DNA of 64,000 nt. Origin: an uncultured Gemmatimonadaceae bacterium (GTDB taxonomy: Bacteria; Gemmatimonadota; Gemmatimonadetes; Gemmatimonadales; Gemmatimonadaceae). Made by a program: the position numbers and the translations under genes. Shown here in pieces: positions 39,879 through 47,902 of this stretch (positions within the stretch are counted from its first letter, which is position 1; each line of letters starts with the position of its first letter). The stretch covers positions 160,001 to 224,000 of the forward strand of contig CAVXGK010000001.1 of NCBI GenBank assembly GCA_963761305.1, given 5' to 3'. A model generated the notes under the pieces. That model searched no databases, was not told where the DNA came from, and worked only from the letters and a program-made list of their open reading frames with translations.

Positions 39879-41417
39879 CTAGCGCCGCCCGACGATCGAC
39901 AGTCCTGTTGGCGTGGGTCGATAACGTAGCGCCTCACCGAGATGTTCACGACCGACGACATCCGACAGACACAAGTCCGCAATCGTCCGCGCCACGCGAA
40001 TGACGCGGTGGTATCCGCGCGCAGACAAGTGCAGCGACTCGGCGGCGTCCATAAGTAAGCGCCGCGCGCTTGTCTCAATCGCTCCGCGCGCAAGCAGCCA
40101 ACGACCAGTTGCGTCCGCGTTGCACGTGATCCGATCCAGTGCGGCGTATCGCCGCCGCTGAATGGCACGTGCCGCCTCGACGCGTTCCCGAATCGCCGAC
40201 GACGATTCACCGGGCTCACTCGCGTCGAGCGCGGGCAACGAGACAGGAGCGAGTGTGACATACATGTCGATGCGATCCGCCAGTGGGCCCGACAAGCGTG
40301 CGCGGTATTTAGCAATCTCTGATTCTGCGCAAACGCACGGCTTTGTCGGGTGGCCGAGGTACGAGCACGGACAGGGATTCATCGCCGCGATGAGCGAGAA
40401 CCGCGCGGGGAACGCCACACTCAACGCCGCCCGCGCGATCACCACGCGCCCATCCTCGAGCGGCTGACGTAGCGCCTCGAGCGCGCCGCGCGGAAACTCG
40501 AGCAGCTCGTCGAGGAATAGTACGCCGTGATGCGCGAGACTCACTTCGCCCGGCCGCGGAATTCCACCACCGCCGACGAGTCCCGCCGACGAGATCGAGT
40601 GGTGCGGCGCGCGGAACGGCCGCGCGGCGACGAGCGCGCCTGATGCCGGCAGCAGCCCGACGACGGAATGAATCGCCGTGACCTCGAGCGCTTCGTCTTC
40701 GGTGAGCGGCGGGAGAATCGACGGCAGGCGCCGCGCGAGCATCGTCTTCCCGGCGCCCGGTGGGCCTACCAGCAAGCAGGCGTGTCCACCCGCCGCCGCT
40801 ATCTCGAGCGCGCGCTTGGCGCTCTCCTGCCCCGAGACGTCGGCGAAGTCCACGCCCTCGTCGACAGGCGCCGCTTCCATCGTCCGCTCGGCGCGTGCGA
40901 GCGATCCCGATTGCAGCGACTCGACGAGCGACGCGAGCGACTCCGCCGTGAACGTGCAGAGCGATCGCACGAGCGACGCTTCGCCGACGTTCGCCGACGG
41001 GATCACTAGACCGCGCAGCCCGACGGTGCCCGCGAGGTGACGCGCGACCGACAACACACCGCGCACCGGCCGAATCGCGCCGTCGAGGCCGAGCTCGCCG
41101 AGAACGACGAGTCCGTCGACGCTTTCAGTGGGCAGCGCACCGAGCGCGACCAGCAGTCCGATCGCGATCGGCAGGTCGAAGCCCGTTCCGGCTTTTCGCT
41201 GATCGCCCGGCGACAGACTCACGGTCACCCGTCGCGCCGGGACGACGAAACCGGAATTCGCGAGCGCGGCCGTCACCCGTTCTCGGCTCTCCTTCACCTC
41301 CCCCGACGGCAAACCCACGATCGTCCAGTGCGGAAGGCCCTGGGCGACGTCGACCTCGACGCACACATCATACGCGTCGATTCCCACGACGGCGGCGGAG
41401 CGAATGGCGGCGAGCAT
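39879..41417 (-). CDS. comM: YifB/ComM Mg-chelatase-like AAA+ ATPase (chimeric: host 5' part, island 3' part)
   Basis: VKESRERV, FDLPIAIG, GPPGAGKT, PFRAPHH, LFLDELLEF, AAMNPCPC, ARTIADL. Confidence 0.95.
   Translation of the reverse strand: MLAAIRSAAVVGIDAYDVCVEVDVAQGLPHWTIVGLPSGEVKESRERVTAALANSGFVVPARRVTVSLSPGDQRKAGTGFDLPIAIGLLVALGALPTESVDGLVVLGELGLDGAIRPVRGVLSVARHLAGTVGLRGLVIPSANVGEASLVRSLCTFTAESLASLVESLQSGSLARAERTMEAAPVDEGVDFADVSGQESAKRALEIAAAGGHACLLVGPPGAGKTMLARRLPSILPPLTEDEALEVTAIHSVVGLLPASGALVAARPFRAPHHSISSAGLVGGGGIPRPGEVSLAHHGVLFLDELLEFPRGALEALRQPLEDGRVVIARAALSVAFPARFSLIAAMNPCPCSYLGHPTKPCVCAESEIAKYRARLSGPLADRIDMYVTLAPVSLPALDASEPGESSSAIRERVEAARAIQRRRYAALDRITCNADATGRWLLARGAIETSARRLLMDAAESLHLSARGYHRVIRVARTIADLCLSDVVGREHLGEALRYRPTPTGLSIVGRR
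40365..40380. repeat. Putative att core inside the intact comM
   Basis: GCACGGACAGGGATTC, 15/16 identical to 34305-34320. Confidence 0.75.
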
Positions 41418-41499
41418 GCGGCGATGCTAGCCGCACCCGACGGCAAACGCGTCATCATCTCATTGCCAAGCGGCGCACGTTGTCGCATCGTGGAGCAGG

Positions 41500-43479
41500 A
41501 TGATCATGAGCGTTCGCTCGAGAGACTCGCTTCTGGCCCTGGTCGGCGTCGTCACGCTCGCGCGCGCCGGCGGCGCACAGCGCGTGACCGGGGTCGTCCG
41601 CGACAGCGCGTCGCGCGAGCCGGTAGCGAGCGCCGTCGTGCGACTGTTCGACCCGACTGGGCGCGAGTTGGAGCGCACCATCACCGGGCGCGACGGCCGC
41701 TATCGCCTCGACGCGCTGCCGGCCGGCCGCCAGCTTCGGGTCCTTCGCATCGGGTTTCGCCCGCGCACCATTCCGTTCGCGGGAATCGCTCGCGACACGT
41801 CCCTCGACGTTGTGCTGGTCGGTCTGCCGACGCTCCTCGAAGCCGTGAACGTCGACGATCAACCGCAGTGCGGCCGTCGCTCGGATCGCGCCGCGGCGTT
41901 GGCGCTCTGGGAACAGGCGCGTGCGGCGCTCCTGGCGACCGTCGTCGCGCGCGAATCGCGGCCGCCGCTCATCACGGCTATCGCGTTCGACCGCACGCTC
42001 GATCGACGCGGCCGCATCGTCCGGCAGCACGTCCGTCACGATTCGCTGCCGACGAATCGCCCGTTCATCGCCGCGCGCCCCGTCGCCCAGTTTCGCGACC
42101 AAGGGTACACCGACGGCGTGACGAGCCAGCGTACGTACTACGCGCCGGACGCGGACGTCCTGCTCGACCCCGCGTTCGGCGACGGGCACTGCTTCTCGCT
42201 GCGCCAGGACAAGGACAAGCATCCGGGGCAGATCGGCCTCGCGTTCGATCCGGCGCGCGATCGGCCCGGCATCATCGACGTCGGCGGCGTCATGTGGCTC
42301 GACGTGGCGACGCCGGCGCTCCGCACGCTGGAATTTCGCTACACGAACGTCGAGCGCATCGTCGCCGACGCGGACGCCGGCGGGTTCATCTCGTTTCGTA
42401 CCGCGACCAACGGCCTCTCGGTGATCGATCGTTGGAATCTGCATCTCCCGTCGATCGAGACGACCGCGCCGGCTGCGCAAGGCGTTCGCCCGACGAGCGT
42501 GCCCAAGTGCACGGGAGTTTGCGTGGGGAAGGCTTCGGGCGAGGCGCGCTGGCGCGTCGTCGACATGCACGACGTCGGCGCCGTGATCGCGACCGCCACG
42601 TGGCCCGACGGTTCCGAGTGGCACTCGCCGCTTGGAACGTTCCGCGGCCGCGCGGTGCGGCCCGACAGCACGTCGCCCGTTCGCGACGCTCTCGTGTGGC
42701 TCATGGGGAGCGACGACTCGACGCGCACCGCCGCGGACGGATCGTTCGAGTTGAACCTGTTGCTTCCCGGTCCCTATCCGCTGTTCGCGGCGGAAGCGCC
42801 GGCCGATCGCGTTGTGTTCCAGCAGAACGATTCGCTGAGAGTCGAGATCGACTCCGCGGCGATGCCGCCGTTTCGACTCGTCATTGCGGCGATCGACGAT
42901 CGTATCAAGACTTTCTGCAAGGGCGTCGTCGCGGGACCGGGAAAGATTCTCATGCTCGGACGGGTGCTCCTTCCCGATCGGTCACCGGCGCGCGGCGCAG
43001 CTATCGAGGCGTTCTGGGCACAGTCGGCGTCCGATCTGGGGCACGGCTTCCGCGAGCGCGCGCGCACCGACACGTCCGGCGCGTTTCACGTCTGTGGTCT
43101 CACCCCCGACGACACCGTGCAGGTGTCGGCGACGCTCGACAGTCTCGACGCGTACGTGCGAGACCGATTCCGCGCGGACGGCGGCTCGCCGCTCTTCCAG
43201 GCCACACTCCGACTGGTCGCGCCGCCCTTCCGTTCGCGGATCATGCGTGTGGTCGACGAACGCGGCGATCCGATCGCGAACGCGTCGCTACTAGACGACG
43301 AAACGGGCGAGGTGCGCGAGACGACCAACACCAGCGGCGAAGCGAGCCTCGCGTGGCTGCCGCGCGGCAGTACGAGCGTGACGGTCGTCCGACTGGGCTA
43401 CAGTTCGACGAGCACGACCATCAACGTTGCCGCCGACGACTCGACGGTCGTAGTGGTCTCGATGCACCGCGCGCCATAG
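41500..43479 (+). CDS. Secreted protein with multiple carboxypeptidase-regulatory-like (beta-sandwich) domains
   Basis: Signal peptide; recurring VTGVVRDS...P...T..DGRY/F motifs; RIGF/RLGY. Confidence 0.8.
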   Translation: MIMSVRSRDSLLALVGVVTLARAGGAQRVTGVVRDSASREPVASAVVRLFDPTGRELERTITGRDGRYRLDALPAGRQLRVLRIGFRPRTIPFAGIARDTSLDVVLVGLPTLLEAVNVDDQPQCGRRSDRAAALALWEQARAALLATVVARESRPPLITAIAFDRTLDRRGRIVRQHVRHDSLPTNRPFIAARPVAQFRDQGYTDGVTSQRTYYAPDADVLLDPAFGDGHCFSLRQDKDKHPGQIGLAFDPARDRPGIIDVGGVMWLDVATPALRTLEFRYTNVERIVADADAGGFISFRTATNGLSVIDRWNLHLPSIETTAPAAQGVRPTSVPKCTGVCVGKASGEARWRVVDMHDVGAVIATATWPDGSEWHSPLGTFRGRAVRPDSTSPVRDALVWLMGSDDSTRTAADGSFELNLLLPGPYPLFAAEAPADRVVFQQNDSLRVEIDSAAMPPFRLVIAAIDDRIKTFCKGVVAGPGKILMLGRVLLPDRSPARGAAIEAFWAQSASDLGHGFRERARTDTSGAFHVCGLTPDDTVQVSATLDSLDAYVRDRFRADGGSPLFQATLRLVAPPFRSRIMRVVDERGDPIANASLLDDETGEVRETTNTSGEASLAWLPRGSTSVTVVRLGYSSTSTTINVAADDSTVVVVSMHRAP

Positions 43480-43489
43480 GCTCGTATCG

Positions 43490-43593
43490 CCGGTCCACCG
43501 GTCCACCGGTCCACCGGTCCACCGCCCCCCGTCCACCCGTCCACCCGTCCACCCGTCCACCCGTCCACCCGTTCACCTGTCCACCCGCCCACC
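43490..43593. repeat. Octamer tandem repeat (CCGGTCCA / CCCGTCCA)n, ~12 copies
   Basis: Between convergent genes; reverse complement of the 31978 array unit; overlaps the 3' end of the TPR gene. Confidence 0.9.
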
Positions 43594-45417
43594 CGGCGGC
43601 CGATCCGCGTCGACGCACACGACCTTGATCTGCTGCTGGGCGTACGTATCCATCGGATCGAGATTCTCGAGATACGGCTTCGCCATCTGCGCGAACGTGG
43701 AATCGTCGGAGTGGAGTCCGGACCGCGCAATCGGCAGCACGTCGGTCGCCATTCGAACCAGCCGGCAGCTCTCGACCTTGTCGGTGAGCTTCATGGTTTG
43801 CTGCAGCGCCGTCTGCGCGACAGCCAGCGCCGCGGCTCCGACGAGGAAACGCGATTGGCCGGACGTCTGCACTGAATCCGAGAACGCGAGCATCCGAAGC
43901 GCCGTCGCGAAATCGGCGGTCGCCTTGGTCCCACTGGCCGCGGCCTGATAGAGCGTGTTGCCCTTCGCCGCCGCGAACATCGCGACCATCGACGAGTCTT
44001 CGCCGCTCGCCAAGCCCGCATGCAGCGCGACCAGCGCGCTGTCCGGTTGGCCCAGTTCGATCTCGAATTGCGCGATCCGAAGGTGCCCCTGTCCACGCGC
44101 GAGCCCCGAATCCAACGCCACCGCCTGCTTCGCCGCCGCCAGCGCCTCGGCGACTTTCCCGCGGGCGCGCAGCTCCGTGGCGTTGAGCGACAGGAGATCG
44201 GCGTTCTGTGGAAAGAGCGCGAGCCCTCGCGGAAGAACCGTGTCCGCCTCGGCCTTGATGTACTGCGTGTACAACCAGTACAGGCGAGCGTCCTTGGGAA
44301 ACACGCTCACGCCGTGGGCCAGCGTCTCGATGGACTTGATCGGATTGTTCGCCGAGTGATAGGCGAAACCCAGCCGATAAAAGAACAGTGAATCGCGCCG
44401 GCTGACCGAATCCTGCGCGAGGAGCGTCTCGCCGGCGGCGATGGCCAGCGGCCAATGCTTGTTCTCGAACGCCGCGCGCCATTTCTCCAGCACGAAGCGA
44501 ATGTCGTCGGGATGCGCGTTGCTCAGCGCGATGAGGTATGGCTCGGCGCGCGCCGCGTTGCCGCCGTCGAGAAGCGCGTAGCCGACGCGCGCCGCGAGGT
44601 CGAGGTCCGCGGTGTCGGTGGCGGCCAGTCGGAGCCAGTACGTCGCCGCCCGATCGCGACGGCGCAACGAGTCGAGCGACACCGCCGCGGCCTCGAGCCC
44701 ATGCGGGTTGATCGAGTCGATGGCGAGCAGCGTGTCGGCTTCGGCGAGGACCTCCGCCGCCGGCGCGCCGTTCTGACGCAGCGCCCACACGAGGCACGTT
44801 CGGACGATCGCGCCGCGCGGAAAGGCCGCGATTCCCGCACGAGCGGCCTCCACCGCGCGCAGACCACTTCCCTCGCGAAGCGCGTTCTCGCAGCGGCGTT
44901 CCGGTCCAAGCTGCGCGCGGGCGGCGGTCACTGATCGCGCGAATATCTGCGCGGCCGAGTCGAGCTTCGGCGCCGCCGCATCCGGCAACGGCTGACGCAG
45001 CCGATCGTCGCGCATCAGCATGAGCGAACCGGACAGGCGTGGGCCGGACGGTCCGTTGGTCACCGAGGCCAGCACGAACTCGTCGGCGCGGAAATACTTG
45101 CCCATCGATCTGATGTCCCGCAGCTCGAAGGTCGTGTCGGGGTTGAACCCCGCGCGCTCCATGCGGTACGCCACGTCGTCGGCGTCGATGACGTCGACCT
45201 CCTTCCGATCGATGAGGTGCCACACGCGCGACCGCACGGCGTCCGCCGCCTTGCGGCCGAGCTTCATGTCAGCCCCGCCACGCGGGAAGAAGTTGAGGAT
45301 GAGGAGACCTTGTCGCGTGAACTCCTGCTGCGGGGTCTCTTTCTTCGCTCGCTGGGCGCCTGCCGAAAACCCCGCGAGAACGAGCATGCCCGTCGCACCC
45401 GCAACCATGAATCGCAT
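43573..45417 (-). CDS. Secreted TPR-like helical repeat protein (start could be 45462)
   Basis: Signal peptide; Ala/Leu-rich helical repeats (e.g. FYRLGFAYHSANNPIKSIETL). Confidence 0.75.
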   Translation of the reverse strand: MRFMVAGATGMLVLAGFSAGAQRAKKETPQQEFTRQGLLILNFFPRGGADMKLGRKAADAVRSRVWHLIDRKEVDVIDADDVAYRMERAGFNPDTTFELRDIRSMGKYFRADEFVLASVTNGPSGPRLSGSLMLMRDDRLRQPLPDAAAPKLDSAAQIFARSVTAARAQLGPERRCENALREGSGLRAVEAARAGIAAFPRGAIVRTCLVWALRQNGAPAAEVLAEADTLLAIDSINPHGLEAAAVSLDSLRRRDRAATYWLRLAATDTADLDLAARVGYALLDGGNAARAEPYLIALSNAHPDDIRFVLEKWRAAFENKHWPLAIAAGETLLAQDSVSRRDSLFFYRLGFAYHSANNPIKSIETLAHGVSVFPKDARLYWLYTQYIKAEADTVLPRGLALFPQNADLLSLNATELRARGKVAEALAAAKQAVALDSGLARGQGHLRIAQFEIELGQPDSALVALHAGLASGEDSSMVAMFAAAKGNTLYQAAASGTKATADFATALRMLAFSDSVQTSGQSRFLVGAAALAVAQTALQQTMKLTDKVESCRLVRMATDVLPIARSGLHSDDSTFAQMAKPYLENLDPMDTYAQQQIKVVCVDADRPPGGRVDR

Positions 45418-45612
45418 GGTGGCGCACGGAATCATCCGGCGAGTTTGGTCGGAGTTCGGCACGTAGGTGGGGGGCGGGACGCTCTAAATATGGGATTGAC
45501 TGGCGGTCCGCGCTATGACCCTTGCTCGCTCCGCCCTGCATCAAATAACGCCAAACGTACGAGTGGCCCGACATAGGGGCGCTGCGCCTTAGGGGCGCTG
45601 CGCCTGGCGCAT

Positions 45613-46632
45613 TCAGCGGGAAGGATCCGCCGGGCACTGCTCGCTGGTGAGCTTGTCGAAGTCCGGCATGCGCACGCGCCACCCGAACTGCAAGGTCGCG
45701 TGGGCGACGCCCGCGGCAAGCTGGCACTGATAGTCGTGCAGATAGAAATCGAACGGGTCGTGTGAGTCAGCGTCCACCAGATCGAGATCGGAATCGACCA
45801 TCGTCAGCTTGCCGAAGCGGAGCGTGCCGTGCCGAATGGCCAGGAAGTTCGGCGACGCCATCGCCGACGGAACGATCGCCCGCAGCGCCGAATCGCTCAC
45901 CGCGCCGGCCGCGCCGATGCCCAGCCCGACGCCTTGCGCGCAACAGTCGAGCCCAGTGATCGTGCCGTGGATGTGCGGCGGCGGAAGGACGGACAGCACG
46001 TCGATGAAGATCGTGTTTCCTTGCACGCGCAGCTGGCCGTTGGCCGGCACGTTGATCATCGCCGACAGGGGAATGCGCAGCGCGTTGAGCAGGCCGGTCA
46101 CGCCGATCGCGCCGATCTTCACCTCTTTCGTGTCGACGGCGAGGAATCGTCCGTCGCGCACCGAGAGCGTGCCTTCCATCGTGAATGGGATGGTCGCGCC
46201 CTTGGTGAGCGTCCCGTGGATGACGAGGTTCTGTCCGTTCGCCTCGAGCTTCAGGTTGTGGACGTTCGCGTTCGGGAAGGCGAACACGCGGGTGTTCATC
46301 AGCACCTGGACTTGCGCCATCGTCAGCCGGACCGCGGCCCCGCTGACGTCGAGCTCGAAGCTGGACGGGTCGTCGAACGAGACGACGTCCGACGGCGGCA
46401 CCGGACGCATCTGGGCGCGAATGCGATCGATGCCCACGACGAGGTCCTTCGTAAACCTGAATTGCACGTTTCGCATCGTGAGCACCGGCGACACGTTCGG
46501 GTCCGCGGTGGTGTCGGGGCGCCGTGTCGTCGTGTCGGCCACCGCGCCCGCGGCCATGGCCGGCGTGGTCGGCCCCGAACACGCCGCGACGCTCGCCGCC
46601 AACCAGGCGGCGAGAAACGTCGGTGCCAGCAT
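45613..46632 (-). CDS. Hypothetical lipoprotein, beta-rich
   Basis: Lipobox VAAC; host-like codon use; FGKLTMVDSDLDLVDAD..DPFDF. Confidence 0.7.
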   Translation of the reverse strand: MLAPTFLAAWLAASVAACSGPTTPAMAAGAVADTTTRRPDTTADPNVSPVLTMRNVQFRFTKDLVVGIDRIRAQMRPVPPSDVVSFDDPSSFELDVSGAAVRLTMAQVQVLMNTRVFAFPNANVHNLKLEANGQNLVIHGTLTKGATIPFTMEGTLSVRDGRFLAVDTKEVKIGAIGVTGLLNALRIPLSAMINVPANGQLRVQGNTIFIDVLSVLPPPHIHGTITGLDCCAQGVGLGIGAAGAVSDSALRAIVPSAMASPNFLAIRHGTLRFGKLTMVDSDLDLVDADSHDPFDFYLHDYQCQLAAGVAHATLQFGWRVRMPDFDKLTSEQCPADPSR

Positions 46633-46809
46633 CGAGCGACTTGGTCTCACGAAACGAACGCCTCCGGGTGCCTGGGCGGCCGGCCGGCCATCCAAATAGC
46701 CGCCCTGTGGATTATCTACCTCGCAAGGAACGGTCTAACTCGTCGAGCGCCTCGTCGCCACTTGCCAGGCTCACTTAACTTCACACCAGAACGGTTTGGA
46801 GGCGGCCTC

Positions 46810-47478
46810 ATGGGTTACGAGACGAAGTGCCACGTTCGTGTTGTGAACCACGGTGAGACGCGCCAGGCGGACGCGGCCGTCCTGCTCGAGACCGATGAGC
46901 TGGTCGTGCGTGGCGAGGCACGCGTTCGAGTGAAGCGCTCCGACATTCGACGGATAACGCGGCGAGCAGGCGTGGTGACGGTCACGTCGCCGAGCGCCAC
47001 CGTGACGCTCTCGCTCGGCGAGCCGGCCGCCGAACGCTGGGAGAAGAAACTCGGCGAAGCGCCCAAGCCGCTCATCGACAAGCTGGACGTGAAGCCGGAC
47101 GCGGCGGTGCTGCTGATCGGCCATCACGACGACACGCTCGTGTCGCAGCTCGGCGAGCGAACGAGCGACGTCTCGCGGTCGCCGAAGGCCAAGAATCGAG
47201 ACGTCGTGTTCGTCCACGTCGGCGGCGCGGCCGACATGCAGAGGATCGAGCGCGCCAACGCGGCGATCGCCGACGACGGCGCGATCTGGGTCGTGCATCC
47301 CAAGGGCCCCCCGCCGAATGGCGTTGCCGACACGGCGATCTTCGCCAAGGCGAAGGAGCTCGGGCTCACCTACACCAAGGTCGCGCGCGTCTCGGCCACG
47401 CTCACGGCGGAGAAGCTCGTCCGTCCGGTCGCTTCGAGATCATCGCGCGGAGCGCCTAAGTCTCGGCCAGGAAAGTGA
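46810..47478 (+). CDS. Hypothetical protein, DUF3052-like C-terminal domain
   Basis: RBS GGAGG; PLIDKLDVKP...DGAIWVVHPKG...GLTYTKVARVS. Confidence 0.75.
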   Translation: MGYETKCHVRVVNHGETRQADAAVLLETDELVVRGEARVRVKRSDIRRITRRAGVVTVTSPSATVTLSLGEPAAERWEKKLGEAPKPLIDKLDVKPDAAVLLIGHHDDTLVSQLGERTSDVSRSPKAKNRDVVFVHVGGAADMQRIERANAAIADDGAIWVVHPKGPPPNGVADTAIFAKAKELGLTYTKVARVSATLTAEKLVRPVASRSSRGAPKSRPGK

Positions 47479-47897
47479 GCGACAGCGGACCCGCTCCCCT
47501 GCTCCTTTACGACGGGACCTGCGGGTTCTGCGCCGGCACGGTGCAGTTCGTGTTGCGGCACGACGTCCGTGCGAGAACGCTCAAGTTCGCGAGCTTGCAA
47601 GGACCGACGGGTGCCGCGATTCGCGGTCGGCATCCGCGGCTCGCCTCGGCCGACTCGGTCGTGTGGCTCGACGGGCCCGATGACGCCTCGCCGCTCGTCA
47701 GATCGGCCGCGGCGTTGCGCGTGCTCTCTTACCTCGGCGGCGCGTGGGGCGTGCTCGGCGTCGTCGCGCGGATCGCGCCTCGCGCGCTGGGCGACTGGGT
47801 GTACGACCTCGTCGCCAGACATCGCCACCAACTCACACGCGACGGCGCCGCGTGCGTCGTCCCCACGCCGGAAGAGCGCGCGCGCTTCCTCGACTGA
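47475..47897 (+). CDS. DCC1/DUF393 thiol-disulfide oxidoreductase family
   Basis: LLYDGTCGFC, FASLQG, DWVYDLVARHRH. Confidence 0.9.
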   Translation: MSDSGPAPLLLYDGTCGFCAGTVQFVLRHDVRARTLKFASLQGPTGAAIRGRHPRLASADSVVWLDGPDDASPLVRSAAALRVLSYLGGAWGVLGVVARIAPRALGDWVYDLVARHRHQLTRDGAACVVPTPEERARFLD

Positions 47898-47902
47898 GAG
47901 CG

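Larger units (their letters stand above)
34305..40376. mobile_element. Genomic island integrated in comM (Mn-uptake cargo, no integrase)
   Basis: Direct repeat GCACGGACAGGG(T/A)TTC at both ends; comM 3' end duplicated; more A/T-ending codons than the flanks. Confidence 0.8.

Noticed and set aside
33924..40376. Duplicated comM 3' ends as a DGR template/variable repeat pair
   Set aside because: Differences are extensive and not adenine-specific; no reverse transcriptase is present.
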